Part shown: positions 13,360-25,685 of the stretch, piece by piece
Position numbering within the stretch: position 1 is the stretch's first letter
Layout of the letters: every line of letters begins with the position of its first letter
DNA from: Squalus acanthias
Lineage: Eukaryota
Assembly (NCBI GenBank): GCA_030390025.1
Contig: CM059433.1
Location: forward strand, 248,001 to 312,000
Reading direction: 5' to 3'
Length of the DNA: 64,000 bases
Notes under the pieces: model-generated
What the model saw: the letters and a program-made list of their open reading frames with translations, nothing else
Told to the model about the DNA's origin: nothing
Database searches by the model: none
Position numbers and translations under genes: made by a program

Positions 13360-13810
13360 GTGTCAGCTGTGGCTCAGTTGGTAGCACACTCGCCTCTGAG
13401 TTAGAAGGTTGTGGGTTCAAGTCCCACTCCAGGAACTTGCGCACATAAAGCTAGGTTGACACTCCAATGCAGTACTGAGGGAGTGCTGCACTGTCGGAGG
13501 TGCAGTCTTGCAGGTGAGACGTTAAACTGAGGCCCTGTCTGCTCTCCGGTGGACGTAAAAGATCCCATGGCACTGTTTTGAAAAAGAGTAGGGGAGTTAT
13601 CCCCGGTGTCGTGGCCAATATTTCTCCCTCAACCAACGTAACAAAAACAGATTATCTGGTCATTTTTACATTGCTGTTTGTGGGAGCTTGCTGTGCCGCA
13701 TTTTCCCACATTACAACAGTGACTCCACTTCAAAAGTACTTCATTGGCTGTAAAGAGCTTTGAGATGTCCGGTGGTCATGAAAGGCGCTATGTAAATGCA
13801 AGTCTTTCTT
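13360..13810 (+). mobile_element. tRNA-derived SINE, Deu-domain type (SacSINE1-like)
   Basis: A box TGGCTCAGTTGG and B box GGTTCAAGTCC; central gagacgttaaactgagg..aaagatcccatggcact..ggtgtcgtggccaa; L2-like tail. Second copy at 53910. Confidence 0.85.
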
Positions 13811-13887
13811 TACACTATCCCATCAAACATTCCTAGGGAAGGTACAGCATGAGTAGATACAGAGTAAAGCTCCCTCTACACTGTCCT

Positions 13888-15278
13888 TACATCAGTTGTG
13901 GGCAAAATGCTGGAGTCCATCATTAAGGATGAAATAGCGGAGCACTTAGCAAATGGGGACAGGATAGGACAGAGTCAACATGGATTTACAAAGGGTAAAT
14001 CGTGCTTGACTAATCTATTGGAATTTTTTGAGGGAGTAACTGGTAAAATAGATGGGGGAGAGCCAGTAGATGTGGTGTACCTGGACTTCCAAAAGGCCTT
14101 CGATAAGGTCCCACATAAAAGATTAGCATGGAAAATTGAAGCTCATGGGATAAAGGGGAAAGTATTGACGTGGATAGAGAACTGGCTGTCAGATAGAAAA
14201 CAGAGAGTTGGAATAAACGGCTCATTTTCTGAATTGCAGGCAGTAACAAGTGGGGTACCACAGGGATCTGTCCTGGGTCCCCAGCTGTTCACAATTTACA
14301 TTAATGACCTGGATCAGGGAGTCGGATGCAGCATTTCCAAATTTGCAGACGACACTAAACTAGGAGGGGGGGTGGGCTCAGAGGAGGAGACCAGGAAGCT
14401 CCAGAGCGATTTGGACAGACTGGGTGATTGGACGGATAAATGGCAGATGCACTATAATGTGGACAAGTGCGAAGTTATCCACCTTGGGTGCAGGAACGGG
14501 AGGGCAAATTATTATTTAAATGGCAATAAATTGGGAGAGGGGGAAGTACAGAGAGACCTGGGTGTTCTTGTACACCAGTCACTGAAGGCGAGCATGCAGG
14601 TGCAACAGGCGGTCAAGAAGGCAAACGGTATGCTGGCCTTCATAGCAAAAGGGTTGGAATACAGGAACAGGGATACCTTGCTGCAGCTGTACAGGGCACT
14701 GGTGAGACCACACCTCGAGTACTGTGTACAGTTTTGGTCGCCTCATCTGAGGAAAGATGTTCTTGCCATGGAGGGGGTGCAGCGGCGATTCACCAGGCTG
14801 ATACCAGGAATGGCGGGATTGACCTATGAGGAGAGACTATGTAGTTTAGGGATGTACACACTGGAGTTTAGAAGATTGAGAGGGGACCTCATAGAAGTGT
14901 ATAAAATTCTGACAGGTCTAGACAGACTGGATGCAGAAGGAATGTTTCCCTTGGCGGGTGAGAACAGAACTAGAGGACATAATTTAAGGATAAGGGCTAA
15001 ACAATTTAGGACAGAAATGAGGGGGAATTTCTTCACTCAGAGGGTGGTGAACCTGTGGAACTCATTGCTACAGAGGGCAGTGTACGCCAGCTCATTAAAT
15101 ATATTTAAGAGGGAATTAGATATATTTCTACAGGCAAAAGGGGTTAAGGGTTACGGAGAGAAGGCGGGGACGGGATACTGAATTGGAGGATCAGCCATGA
15201 TCTCATTAAATGGCGGAGCAGGCTCGAAGGGCCGGATGGCCTACTCCTGCTCCTATCTTCTATGTATCTATGTATCTA
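13888..15278 (+). mobile_element. Young CR1 LINE, 5'-truncated, open RT frame (13898-15181)
   Basis: 427-aa ORF with QGSVLGP and FADD; (ATGTATCT)n tail; TSD TGTCCT at 13882-13887 and 15279-15284. Confidence 0.95.
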
Positions 15279-15485
15279 TGTCCTATCAAACACTCCCAGG
15301 CCAGCTGCAACACGGTTCGATACAGAGGAAAGCGCCCTCTACACTATCCCATCAAACACTCCCAAGGCAGGTACAGCATGAGTGAGATACAAAGTGTTGG
15401 CATATGGAACTCGGTTAATTCAGCTTCTGAAAGGTGTTCATGTTTAGTTCATTGAATATAGGAAAAAAAGGTGGATGGCATCATT

Positions 15486-15516
15486 AGAGAGAGAGAGAGA
15501 TAGAGTGAGAGAGAGA
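15486..15516. repeat. (GA)n microsatellite
   Basis: Direct inspection. Confidence 0.9.
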
Positions 15517-15929
15517 TACAGATTTCACTTAGCAACTGCTGGTGTTCGCAACCAACCAGCCTTGGATATGTTTATTTATGGTAAGAATGTCTAGAAACTA
15601 GAAGGGTTAGGCTTACCACAGCATGTTGAAGAAAATGTAGCCTTGTATCTCTGGACTATGCTGTAGCCAGAGACTACCATATTAGGCAATGCCAGTTCCA
15701 GTTTGATAAGAAAACAGTGTATAAATATAAGCTTTTTCATTTGTTTAAGCAGTACGAGACAGGACCCATGCCTAGGTTCGCACACTTATCTGTGACAATA
15801 CTCAGGTTGTAAATTGCTTTTAATACTGAAGTTAAAGAATAAAATTATTATAACCAGAAGACTGAATTTGTTACTACTCAAGTGCACCACAAAATGTGTT
15901 TTATAACAACATTTACTTTGACATTTGTG

Positions 15930-17990
15930 CTTTCAGTGTTCTACAGCATTGAAGTGCTGCAAACACTGACAAGCACTGCACAGAGGTGTACGGCTGCACC
16001 CAGGCTCTTCCATGACTCCCTCCATATGCTTATGGAGGGAGTCACAGCACGCAAGGAAGTCCTCTTCCCTTCCAATGGGCGGAAGAGACCTCCCCAGGAC
16101 ACCAACGCAGCCTGGTTGCACATTGCATAGGAGGACACAAGCAGGAGCATCATCAGGAGGACCAGGCTGCAGTGGCGCAAACCTTTCAATGATCTCAGTA
16201 GATCACGAATCGTTACTGCAAAGCCACACTCAACCTTATCCTGCTGTGCCACTCATTACATCCCCATCACTCTGCCTTCCCTACCCAACTCCTGCACATC
16301 CTTACGCACACCAACTTACCTTGCAACTCCACCCATCCCTCTCTATCTATATTATCACATCCCCATCTCACTAGCCACCCCTCACACTCACCCTCATCCT
16401 AGTCCAATCATACTAACGAACAACACACAAGGGTAGGCACTTGTGTGTTTGAGCCAATGTTCATGTGAAGTTTCTGTTAATGTGCCGTCAAACATTGAAA
16501 TCTTTATTTTCAACACTTTGCGTTCTTGGACAGATTTGTGCGCACCTTTGGAAGTGGCTTAGTGAGTTGCAGTGAATGGTGAGACATAACGGTACCCCCC
16601 GCAATGGTGATGAGTGTGATAGGAATAAGAACATAAGAACATCAGAAATAGGAGCAGGAGTAAGCAATTCGGCCCTTTCAGCTTGCTCCGCCATTCAATA
16701 AGATCATGGCTGATCTTCTACCTCATCTCCACTTTCCTGCACTGTCCCCATATCCCTTGATTCCCTTAATATTCAAAAATCTATCGATCTCTGTCTTGAA
16801 TATACTCAACGACTGAGCCTCCACAACCCTCTGGTGTAGAGAATTCCAAAGATTCACCACCCTCTGAGTGAAGAAATTTCTCCTCATCTCTGTCCTAAAT
16901 GGCCGACACCATACTCTGAGACTGTGACCCCTGGTTCTAAACTCCCCAGCCAGAGGAAACATCCTCCCTGTATCTACCCTGTCAAGCCCTGTAAGAATTT
17001 TGTATGTTTCAATGAGATCACCTCTCAGTCTTCTAAACTCTAGAGAATACAGGCCTAGTCTACTCAATCTGTCCTCATAGGACAATCCCCCATCCCAGGA
17101 ACCAGTCTGGTGAACCTTCGTTGCACTCCCTCTATGGCAAGTATATCCTTCCTTAGGTAAGGAGACCAAAACTGTACACAATACTCCAGGTGTGGTCTCA
17201 CCAGGGCCCTATATAATTGCAGTAAGACATCTTTACTCTTATTCTCAAATCCTCTTGTAATAAAGGCCAACATACCATTTGCTTTCCTAATTGCTTGCTG
17301 TTGTACCTGCATGTTAACTTTCAGTGATTCATGTACAAGGACACCCAGGTCCCTCTGAATACCAATATTTCCCAATCTCTCACCATTAAAAAAAGATTCT
17401 GCTTTTCTATGGCTTGGGCATTGTAGGGATGCATTATGTTGTTGGTGTGGGATGGTGCCAACCTGGCACATCATGTGGCAGCCAGGGTGTGCAGCGTCAA
17501 GTGAAGTAAATGTGGCACTGTTGAGGCCATCCCTGGCGTCCCGGGCAGAAATGTGGTCGGGTGCTGATGCTCTCTGTCCTGTGCAGCATCAGGTGATTGC
17601 GGAGAAGGTTGGTGTGATTGTTGGTGCTGCTGGTGTGCCTGGTGATGCTGGTGTTGGGGCTGATCGTGGTCAGATTCTGAGGACCAAGGTGAGACAATAT
17701 AAAGTACACCCATGCTGATGGAATAGATGGCAGGTGAAATAGAGATGACAGAAGCGATCTGTCAATGGTGGGAGAGGTAATGAGGTCAGACTGGATGGAG
17801 ACTTGTGAATCTGTAGTGGAAATGCAGTTTAGAGAAACTAGTGGTTAAGGGAACATTTCTCAATCAGCGGGGAGCTTTGACTTGACATCTGAAGCTGTCA
17901 ACTCAACATCTGATTCAATGGCAAGTGACCTCCTGCCTCAGCTTCAAAGACAAGGTCTAGGCACTGCGGGAAACTGGTGGGCGACCTGTC
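15930..17990. mobile_element. Decayed PIF/Harbinger element (Myb/SANT remnant on +, Q-rich transposase-side remnant on -)
   Basis: LMEGVTARKEVLFPSNGRKRPPQDTNAAWLHIA..LQWRKPFNDL resembles Myb exon 1 at 49157-49393. 17570-17680 resembles the Q-rich N-terminus at 27820-27915. Ends not resolved. Confidence 0.55.
16626..17410 (-). mobile_element. CR1 LINE 3' fragment
   Basis: ORFs 17064-17474 and 16723-17181; TTATGTTC tail. Confidence 0.92.
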
Positions 17991-18705
17991 AAATTCAAAA
18001 AGCTGGGAAAAAAAGCATTGTTAATGATTTGAATTAGACCGTGTGAAGAATTAAGAATAAATACAGGACACCATCAATTTATTAAAAAAAGGTAAAGATT
18101 TCATTGAATCAAAACTGCTAAATAGTACACAATTTGTTTCTTAAAGATATAAGTTGCATTAGCCGTGTGGAACTGTCAGTCCTCTGGTGCATTCATTTTT
18201 ACTGGATGAAAATTAGAACAATTTTCTTTTTCTTCCCACTCCTCTTAAAGGCATTGACTTTAGTTCTTTGAGAGCTGGTCCCTCCCTGGTACCTTACCCA
18301 TTAATCGTGTGTGAGCTTGGACAGTTAGTGTTGGTAGGCTATTTGACCACAAGGGGCATCACGGCAGAGCCCAATCATCTCCTTTCCTAACATCTACACA
18401 GGTCCGCTTCCAGCAGAGTTTGCCGGATAGCAATCAGCAGCGGGGAACCCTGGCTGATTTCCCATTTCCGATCCCAGAGGTACGGTAGCCCTGTTACCGC
18501 TGTCCAGTTGGACGCCAGCTAACTCCGCACAGACGGGGATTGGGCCTGGGCCTGGGCCTGTCCCAGTCGGCATAGACTCACTAGGCCATTGGGGATGTGG
18601 AACCAATTTTACTTGGTTCTGATCAAGGATCTTGCACATAGGTTGTCAGGTGTTGGCAGTTTATTAGCTGTGTATTCCCGTGCTACATCAAGTAAGCAAG
18701 TGAGT

Positions 18706-18789
18706 CAAAAGCCAAATACTGCGGATGCTGGAAATCAGAAATAAAAACAGAAAAGGCTGGTAACACTCAGCAGGTCAGGCAGCATCTTT
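18706..18789. mobile_element. Penelope-like terminal repeat fragment
   Basis: aaatactgcggatgctggaaatc..cagcaggtcaggcagcatc resembles 35540-35580, which adjoins a hammerhead-like motif. Family call from recall. Confidence 0.45.
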
Positions 18790-19750
18790 GGGGGTAATTC
18801 TAACCCCGCAAAACGGGTGGGTTTCGGGTGGGATGTGAAAATTTAAAAATTGTCAAACCTGCCTCGAGCCCGCCCACTTCCAGTGTTAACGGTGGTGGGA
18901 CGGGGGACGGGCAACCAACCCGCTCCCAGGAGGCAGGTTGCTGATTTAAATATTTTAATGAGGATGTGTGCCTCAGATATTATCTCTCGTCCAGCTTTAA
19001 CGCTGGCTGGCCGGGTTTCCCCGGGTGCTAAAGGGATGGTGCTGCATGGAACAGGGACAGGCTGGAAGTGCCTTTCCAGCTTGTGGGCCAGTAGGAGTCA
19101 TAGTCATAGAGTCATAGAGTTATACAGCACAGAAAGAGGCCCTTCGGCCCATCGTGTCCGCGCCGGCCATCAAGCCCTGTCTATTTTATTCCCATTTTCC
19201 AGCACTTGGTCCGTAGCCTTGTATGCTATGACGTTTCAAGTGCTCATCTAAATGCTTCTTGAATGTTGTGAGGGTTCCTGCCTCTACCACCCTTTCAGGC
19301 AGTGAGTTCCAGATTCCAACCACCCTCTGGATGAAAAAGTTTTTCCTCAAATCCCCTCTAAACCCGCTGCCCCTTACCTTGAAACTATGCCCCCTGGTTA
19401 TTGACCCCTCTACTAAGGGGAAAAGTTCCTTTCTATCTAGCCTATCTATGCCCCTCATAATTTTGTACACCTCAATCAGGTCCCCCCTCAGCCTTCTCTG
19501 CTCTGAGGAAAACAACCCCAGCCTGTCCAGTCTCTCTTCATAGCTGAAGCGCTCCAGCCCAGGTAACATCCTGGTGAATCTCCTCTGCACCCTCTCCAAT
19601 GCAATCACATCCTTCCTATAGTGTGGCGACCAGAACTGCACACAGTATTCCAGCTGTGGCCTAACTAGCGTTTTGTACAGCTCCATCATAACCTCCCTGC
19701 TCTTATAGGAGCAAGTGTGCTTCCCCCCAGCCCCCAAGCTAACCTGCCTC
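18790..19750. mobile_element. Harbinger-type MITE remnant split by CR1
   Basis: GGGGTAATTCT start; internal sequence resembles the reverse complement of MITE 43278-43774. Confidence 0.6.
19098..19705 (-). mobile_element. CR1 LINE 3' fragment
   Basis: ORF 19186-19752; ACTCTATG-type tail; TSD TAGGAG at 19092-19097 and 19706-19711. Confidence 0.93.
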
Positions 19751-20209
19751 ATTCTTTTTACATCAGGTGAGATGAGTTGGTGGTTTATCGTGACGAATAC
19801 TGCTTTACATTGGCTGCCTTCCCAACATCACTCAACCTGTAGTGAGACTGCGACCAGTCAGGTGGGGACGTTGGCCAACATCAATCATCTAATGAGTTGG
19901 TTCGTGTCTCACAACCTTCAGTCCCTTCCTCTGAGGCCACGGCCGGACCTCCACACTCACATCACTCAGGTTCAGATCGAGCACTGGACATGGCAGACCC
20001 ACAATTCCTCGGGACGCGATCCCAGGATGTGAATTCGACACCTTGTAACTAAAGTAGTTGGGCTTTTCTCTGCTGGCATGTCCCATTAGTATTAGACTCC
20101 CCTGTTGTAACAATAATAGGGCTGGCTCCTGTTTATCAGACATTCTCACATACACCACATTCTGTATTTTTGGAAAAACACTTTACTTTCTTTGATCAGT
20201 GTCACACCC

Positions 20210-21860
20210 AAATTACAATGGCCTCAAAAGCCAGCGTGGGCTGGTGTTACCGGCTGCCGAAAATGATAGCGCTGGCAGGACCGGTAAATTGGCGCTAGTG
20301 ACTAATTAACATTAGCCCAGCGTTAAATGTATCGAGCAACACCGTTCTGGTGGCGTTAGTCCCAGCAGGAGTTAGCATGTCCATAGTGTCATTGCAGCAA
20401 GGACAGCCTTCTCTTAAAGCAAGGCTGTCATTTCAAAAAGCAGTTCGGACCCTGAAAGGGACTTCTGAATTAGAATACAGTTACTATGGAACCCTGAGGA
20501 GCCAATGAATGAGGCAATGCGACGTCACTGGTGGGACTGTACAAAGTCTTTCTTTTAATGGACTAACCCAAGTAAATCATGTAAAAATAGGTCGTTTTTA
20601 GCCCTTAGAGCTCAACTGCCTTCTGAAAAAAAAAATTTATGTTAAAAAGAGTTCCCAAATGGGAGTATTCAGCTCCTAAAGCTAAATTGCCTTCCGCACC
20701 TAAGGAAAAATGGAAAAAATACAAATGGCTCAGCAGGCCAGGGAAGGGGCACCCAGGGTCTCACATGCAGCACTCCAGCTTTGTGCAGGGGGTCAATACT
20801 GCAAGAGAGGTCCTCTACCCACAGGGGCAAGGAGGCCCTCCAGAATGAAGAATGTGGGACCACATCACTGAGGTCGTCACTGCCAACAGTGTCGCCCCCC
20901 ACCACCTGGCTCCAGTGTCCAAAAGAAGTTTCATGACCTCAGACCACTAGCCAAGGTCAGTGAATGCGTCTTCAAAAGCTGTCTCCTACCAACTGCACCA
21001 CTAGCCTCACGCACTGCTCAGTGCACGTCTCCCCCCGCCAATCATTCACCTACCAACAATCTGTACCATACACGAGGCACACCTCCTATTCCTAGCTTCA
21101 CCTCACCCCCTTGGAGGAGATGGCGCAGGCCATTCTTGGCAGGGGCATGGCTGAGCCCTTGGCCAGCGTTGGTGGGGGGTATGGGGGGGATGGGGGGGGG
21201 GTGGTGCGGCTGAAAGGATACAAGATGCTGGTATCCTCATACGTTATCCTCCTTCTGGCATGCACCTCTTGCTTTCCTGCCCTCCCCTCACCACAACACC
21301 ACCCTTGTGCCTTCCTCATTTCACACACCCAAAAAATGCTGCCTGCCCAGCCAGTGGTTGACTAAGAAGAGGGAGAGGAGAGTGAAGAAGAAGAAGAAGA
21401 AGAAACACCATCACTCGATTTCACACTCCCAGCCACCAGCTCCTCAAGGTCGACCAGCAAGGCCATTTGCAGTGTCCCCCACTGAAAGTCAGCAGCCTTC
21501 CACCAGCCATGCTGCAGCCACTGGGGTAGCACGGCGTGACATCAGTAGGATAGGCAAAGGCACACACAAGACAGTCACAAATAGAAGATGAGTTGATTTC
21601 TTGATGTCATATTGAATGGATAGATGTATAAAGTTGGATTGGAAAATTTGCTTTGTGTTGGAGGGAAGGTAAGGTGTGGGACAAATGTTGAAAAGGGAAT
21701 TGGGGTTGTGGTCACTGGTACCGCAACGGATGATTCCAACCCGGATATCCCGGCCAGAAAGGGACTGTCTGGGATGCATCTTTCCTTCTCCTTCCTACTC
21801 TTCTGCTTCCTCCTCTTCTGCGTATTCCTCTTCTGTGTCTTCCTCTTCCTTCTGTGAGCG
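20210..21860. mobile_element. Decayed Harbinger: Myb/SANT gene remnants (+) and acidic transposase C-terminus (-)
   Basis: FVQGVNTAREVLYP..KFHDL with donor gtcagt at ~20955. QGRPARPFAVSPTESQQPSTSHAAATG matches the Myb-gene C-terminus at 47690-47800. Poly-Glu on the - strand at 21780-21855. Left boundary approximate. Confidence 0.65.
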
Positions 21861-21866
21861 CATGCT

Positions 21867-24622
21867 GTATTCAGTATTTAGGAAGGATCGACAAAAAAGA
21901 AAGGGAGGAGGGGTAGCATTGCTGGTAAAAGAGGGGATAAATGCAATTGAAAGGAAGGATATTAACTCAGTTAATACAGAATCTATATGGGTGGAGCTAA
22001 GAAATAGCGAGGGGCGAAAAACATTAATAGGAGTGGTATATAGGCCTCCAAATAGTAAAATAGAGGTTGGGGAGGGCATCACGAGGGAAATTAGAGAAGC
22101 GTGCAATAAGAGCACAGCTGTCATCATAGGTGACTTTAACTTACATATAGATTGGACTAGCCTAATCAGTAAAAATAATGAGGAGGAGGAATTCCTTGAG
22201 TGTTTAAGGGATGGTTATCTGGATCAATATGTCGAGGAACCAACTCGGGAACAGGCTATATTGGACTGGGTACTGTGCAATGAGAAGGGACTAATTAGTA
22301 ATCTTGTTGTACGGGGACCCTTGGGTCAGAGCGATCATAACATGATCGATTTCTCACTCGAAATGGAGAGCGAAGAAATTGACTCAGAGACTAAGGTCCT
22401 GAATTTAAACAAGGGGAATTATGATGCCATTAGACGGGAACTGAGTAGGTCTGATTGGACAACGTTCCTGGGAGGACTGGAGGTAGATAAACAATGGCAA
22501 GCATTTAAAGATAGAATGACAAAATTGCAAAAATTGTTTATACCAATCTGGCATAAAAGGAAATCTAAAAAGGTGACTCAACCGTGGATAACAGGGGAAA
22601 TTAGAGACAGCATAAAATCCAAAGATAGGGCGTATAAAATAGCCAAAAAAAGCGCCAGAGCGGAAGATTGGGAACAGTTTAAGATAGAGCAAAGGAGGAC
22701 AAAGGGCTTAATCAAGAGGGGCAAAATAGCTTACGAAAGCAAGCTGGCGGAAAATATAAAAACTAACTCCAAAAGCTTTTATAAGTATATCAAGAGGAAA
22801 AGACTGGTGAAAACCAAAGTTGGTCCATTGCAGTCAGATACGGGGGAATATATAACGGGAAATAAGGAAATGGCAGACCAACTAAATGCATACTTTGGGT
22901 CAGTCTTTACGAAGGAAGACACAAAAAACCTCCCTGGGATATCGGGGAAAATAGGGACATTGGCAAAGGAGGAACTGACGCAAATCAATATCTCTAAGGA
23001 TATGGTGTTAAGGAAACTAAAGGGATTGAAGGCGGACAAATCCCCAGGGCCTGATAACATGCATCCTAGGGTACTGAAGGAGGTGGCCCTAGAGATAGCA
23101 GATGCACTAAGTATGATTTTTCAGAATTCATTAGACTCGGGAACAGTGCCCATGGATTGGAGGGTAGCTAACGTTACCCCACTATTCAAAAAGGGGGGTA
23201 GGGAAAAAGCAGGTAATTACAGACCTGTAAGCCTTACATCAGTTGTGGGCAAAATGCTGGAGTCCATCATTAAGGATGAAATAGCGGAGCACTTAGCAAA
23301 TGGGGACAGGATAGGACATGGATTTACAAAGGGTAAATCGTGCTTGACTAATCTATTGGAATATTTTGAGGGAGTAACTGGTAAAATAGATGGGGGAGAG
23401 CCAGTAGATGTGGTGTACCTGGACTTCCAAAAGGCCTTCGACAAGGTCCCACATAAAAGATTAGCATGGAAAATTGAAGCTCATGGGATAAAGGGGAAAG
23501 TATTGACGTGGATAGAGAACTGGCTGTCAGATAGAAAACGGAGAGTTGGAATAAACGGCTCATTTTCTGAATGGCAGGCAGTAACAAGTGGGGTACCACA
23601 GGGATCTGTCCTGGGTCCCCAGCTGTTCACACTTTACATTAATGACCTGGATCAGGGAGTCGGATGCAGCATTTCCAAATTTGCAGACGACACTAAACTA
23701 GGAGGGGGGGTGGGCTCAGAGGAGGAGACCAGGAAGCTCCAGAGCGATTTGGACAGACTGAGTGATTGGGCGGATAAATGGCAGATGCACTATAATGTGG
23801 ACAAGTGCGAAGTTATCCACCTTGGGTGCAGGAACGGGAGGGCAAATTATTATTTAAATGGCAATAAATTGGGAGAGGGGGAAGTACAGAGAGACCTGGG
23901 TGTTCTTGTACACCAGTCACTGAAGGCGAGCATGCAGGTGCAACAGGCGGTCAAGAAGGCAAACGGTATGCTGGCCTTCATAGCAAAAGGGTTGGAATAC
24001 AGGAACAGGGATACCTTGCTGCAGCTGTACAGGGCACTGGTGAGACCACACCTCGAGTACTGTGTACAGTTTTGGTCGCCTCATCTGAGGAAAGATGTTC
24101 TTGCCATGGAGGGGGTGCAGCGGCGATTCACCAGGCTGATACCAGGAATGGCGGGATTGACCTATGAGGAGAGACTATGTAGTTTAGGGATGTACACACT
24201 GGAGTTTAGAAGATTGAGAGGGGACCTCATAGAAGTGTATAAAATTCTGACAGGTCTAGACAGACTAGATGCAGAAGGAATGTTTCCCTTGGCGGGTGAG
24301 AACAGAACTAGAGGACATAATTTAAGGATAAGGGCTAAACCATTTATGACAGAAATGAGGGGGAATTTCTTCACTCAGAGGGTGGTGAACCTGTGGAACT
24401 CATTGCCACAGAGGGCAGTGTACGCCAGCTCATTAAATATATTTAAGAGGGAATTAGATATATTTCTACAGGCAAAAGGGGTTAAGGGTTACGGAGAGAA
24501 GGCGGGGACGGGATACTGAATTGGAGGATCAGCCATGATCTCATTAAATGGCGGAGCAGGCTCGAAGGGCCGGATGGCCTACTCCTGCTCCTATCTTCTA
24601 TGTATCTATGTATCTATGTATC
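21867..24622 (+). mobile_element. Young CR1 LINE with long open ORF2 (partial APE endonuclease + RT)
   Basis: Open frame to 24519: YRPP, GDFN, SDH (EN); KSPGPD, QGSVLGP, FADD (RT). (ATGTATCT)n tail. EN N-terminus missing; 9-bp in-frame deletion at ~23318. Confidence 0.96.
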
Positions 24623-25685
24623 CACACACCTAGTCACCCCCTCGAAAAATTCAATCAAATTGGTCAGACATGATCTCCCCCTGACAAAGCCATGCTGACT
24701 ATTCTTGATTAATCCTTGCCTCTCCAAGTGGAGACTAATTCGGGTCCCTCAGAATTTTTTCCAATAATTTCCCTACCACTGATGTTAGGCTCACTGGCCT
24801 GTAATTCCCTGGTTTATCCCTACTACCCTTCTTAAATAATGGTACTACGTTAGCTGTTCTCCAGTCCTCTGGCACCTCCCCTGTGGCCAGAGAGGTTCTG
24901 AAAATTTGTGTCCAAGCCCCTGCAATCTCCTCCCTTGCCTCACACAGCAGCCTGGGATACATCTTGTCTGGGCCTGGGGATTTATCCACTTTTAAGCCCG
25001 CTAAAACCGCTAGTACCTCCTCCCTCTCAATACTAATTTGTTCAAGTATATCGCAATCCCCCTGCCTGATTTCTATGCCTACATCGTCCTTCTCCATAGT
25101 GAACACAGATGAAAAATATTCATTTAAAACCCTACCTACATCTTCTGGCTCTATACACAGATTGCCACTTTGGACCCTAATGGGCCCTACTCTTTCCCTG
25201 GTTATCCTCTTGCCCTTAATATACTTATAAAACACCTTGGGATTTTCCTTTATTTTGCCCGCCTGTGTTATTTCATGCCCCCTCTTCGCTCTCCTAATTT
25301 CCTTTTTAAGTACCCCCCTGCACTTTCTATACTCCTCTGGGGCTTCCACTGTTTTTAGTCCTTTGTATCTGCCAAAAGCCCCCCTTTTTTTCCTAATCCA
25401 TTCTCGTGTATCCCTTGACATCCAGGGTTCCCTGGGCTTGTTGGTCCCGCCCTTGACCTTTACGGGAACATGTTGCTGTTGTACTCTCTCTATTTCCTTT
25501 CTGAAAGACTCCCACTGCTCTGATGTGGATTTTCCTACAAGTAGCTGATCCCAGTCCACTTTGGCCAGATCCTGCCTTATCATATTAAAATCGGCCTTCC
25601 CCCAATTTAGAACCTTTATTTCCGGTCCATCTTTGTCATTTTCCATGACTACCTTAAATCTCACTGAATTATGGTCACTGTCACC
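24623..25685 (-). mobile_element. CR1 LINE internal fragment (different subfamily)
   Basis: ORF 24735-25835: DSDHNSVRF..KSPGPD..NYRPVSLTS. Confidence 0.92.

Larger units (their letters stand above)
8810..15395. repeat. ~60-bp satellite-like repeat organised in a ~1.5-kb higher-order tandem duplication
   Basis: Unit ttagatacagagtaaagctccctctacactgtcccatcaaacactcccagg.caggtacagca occurs at 8810-9170, 10232-10700, 13208-13359, 13811-13887 and 15279-15395. The spacers also repeat (8966~10514; 9640~11210/12926; 10045~13023). Confidence 0.85.

Noticed and set aside
13360..13432. tRNA gene (also 53910-53980)
   Set aside because: The A/B boxes are the head of a SINE that continues into a core and a LINE-like tail.
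8810..13890. CRISPR-like array
   Set aside because: Monomers are contiguous and degenerate with no unique fixed-length spacers, there are no cas genes, and the context is eukaryotic.
21676..21861. N-terminal part of the 947-aa ORF as a real protein
   Set aside because: It is antisense read-through of a Harbinger poly-Glu tract joined by chance to the CR1 frame.
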